Positions 63,373-64,000 of a stretch of 64,000 bases of DNA are shown piece after piece. Under the pieces are notes generated by a model that worked only from the letters and a program-made list of their open reading frames with translations, did not search any database and was not told the DNA's origin. Both the position numbers and the translations under genes were made by a program. Source of the stretch: Harriotta raleighana (Eukaryota); assembly GCA_050575255.1 (NCBI GenBank), contig JBNZDD010013510.1:908924-972923 (forward strand), written 5' to 3'. How positions within the stretch are numbered: position 1 is the first letter of the stretch; the number at the start of each line of letters is the position of its first letter.

Positions 63373-64000
63373 TAGGTGCTGTACAAAATGCAAGGATTGG
63401 TATTATTACAAATTTAATCCCACCAGTGAAAAAAATATAGGATGAAGCTTCTTGGTTATTTTTCAACCTGATCTTGTCCTGATACAGTGTGAAGTCACTT
63501 GGAGATAGTGTGACATCAGGAAATCTTCTTACACTACCATGAAGAGATTGTTATTAAACAGCGGCTGAAAAGCACAATCCTCTTCCTTGAGGGATTGCAC
63601 AGTTTGTATTTGACTGCCATTCAATTCAGGTACATTGAAATCCATTTTTATGCAAATTTGATCTGAGCAAATTGCCAATACAACGTAAAGAATATTTTTC
63701 CAAATCTCACTTTGTTCCTGATTGAAACTTTTGTTCCCAGACCTTTAGCTGAGCTTTTCAAATGTGGACAACCACTAATTTGGACAACTAATTTGCTAAT
63801 TGGCAAATTAGCATATGCCAATTTTGCATGTTACAAATGTTATTTTGAAGCATGCTATTTTTATCCTGCATATTATACTTAACACAGTATCAATGTGCAT
63901 TTTTTCAACTAAATGCTTACACTTAAAATACAAATAATGCCTTTTACATTAGAGCCTTGTAAGAATTTTTTGAATGATTTGGTAGTACTGTACTTTGGAT

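Overview
Eukaryotic, AT-rich, essentially non-coding vertebrate DNA. The repeat content points to a cartilaginous fish, probably a holocephalan/chimaera (inference): tRNA-headed SINEs with L2-type 3' tails, DeuSINE/SacSINE1-like SINEs, shark-type CR1 ends, L2 fragments with (GTT)n tails, and Penelope-type termini carrying hammerhead cores. No ORF in the track is a credible host gene. The only recognisable protein-coding relics are CR1 and L2 ORF2 fragments, so the window is intergenic or part of a very long intron. Several structures are probably assembly artefacts: a 4,574-bp exact duplication across a 10-N gap, short near-identical duplications at single Ns, and an 80-nt poly-C run. The most interesting signals are (1) 12-33 bp perfect inverted or direct copies of nearby DNA at retroposon junctions, including two interleaved inverted repeats at 15.5-16.3 kb; (2) a candidate recursive splice site at 53.9 kb; (3) about 12 solo L2 hairpin-plus-tail insertions; (4) Penelope-type minimal hammerhead ribozyme relics; (5) a roughly 3-fold excess of the Tc1 excision footprint TACWGTA; and (6) a largely divergent CTCF motif cluster. 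I found no convincing novel multi-gene system. Repeat boundaries were read by eye and are approximate.
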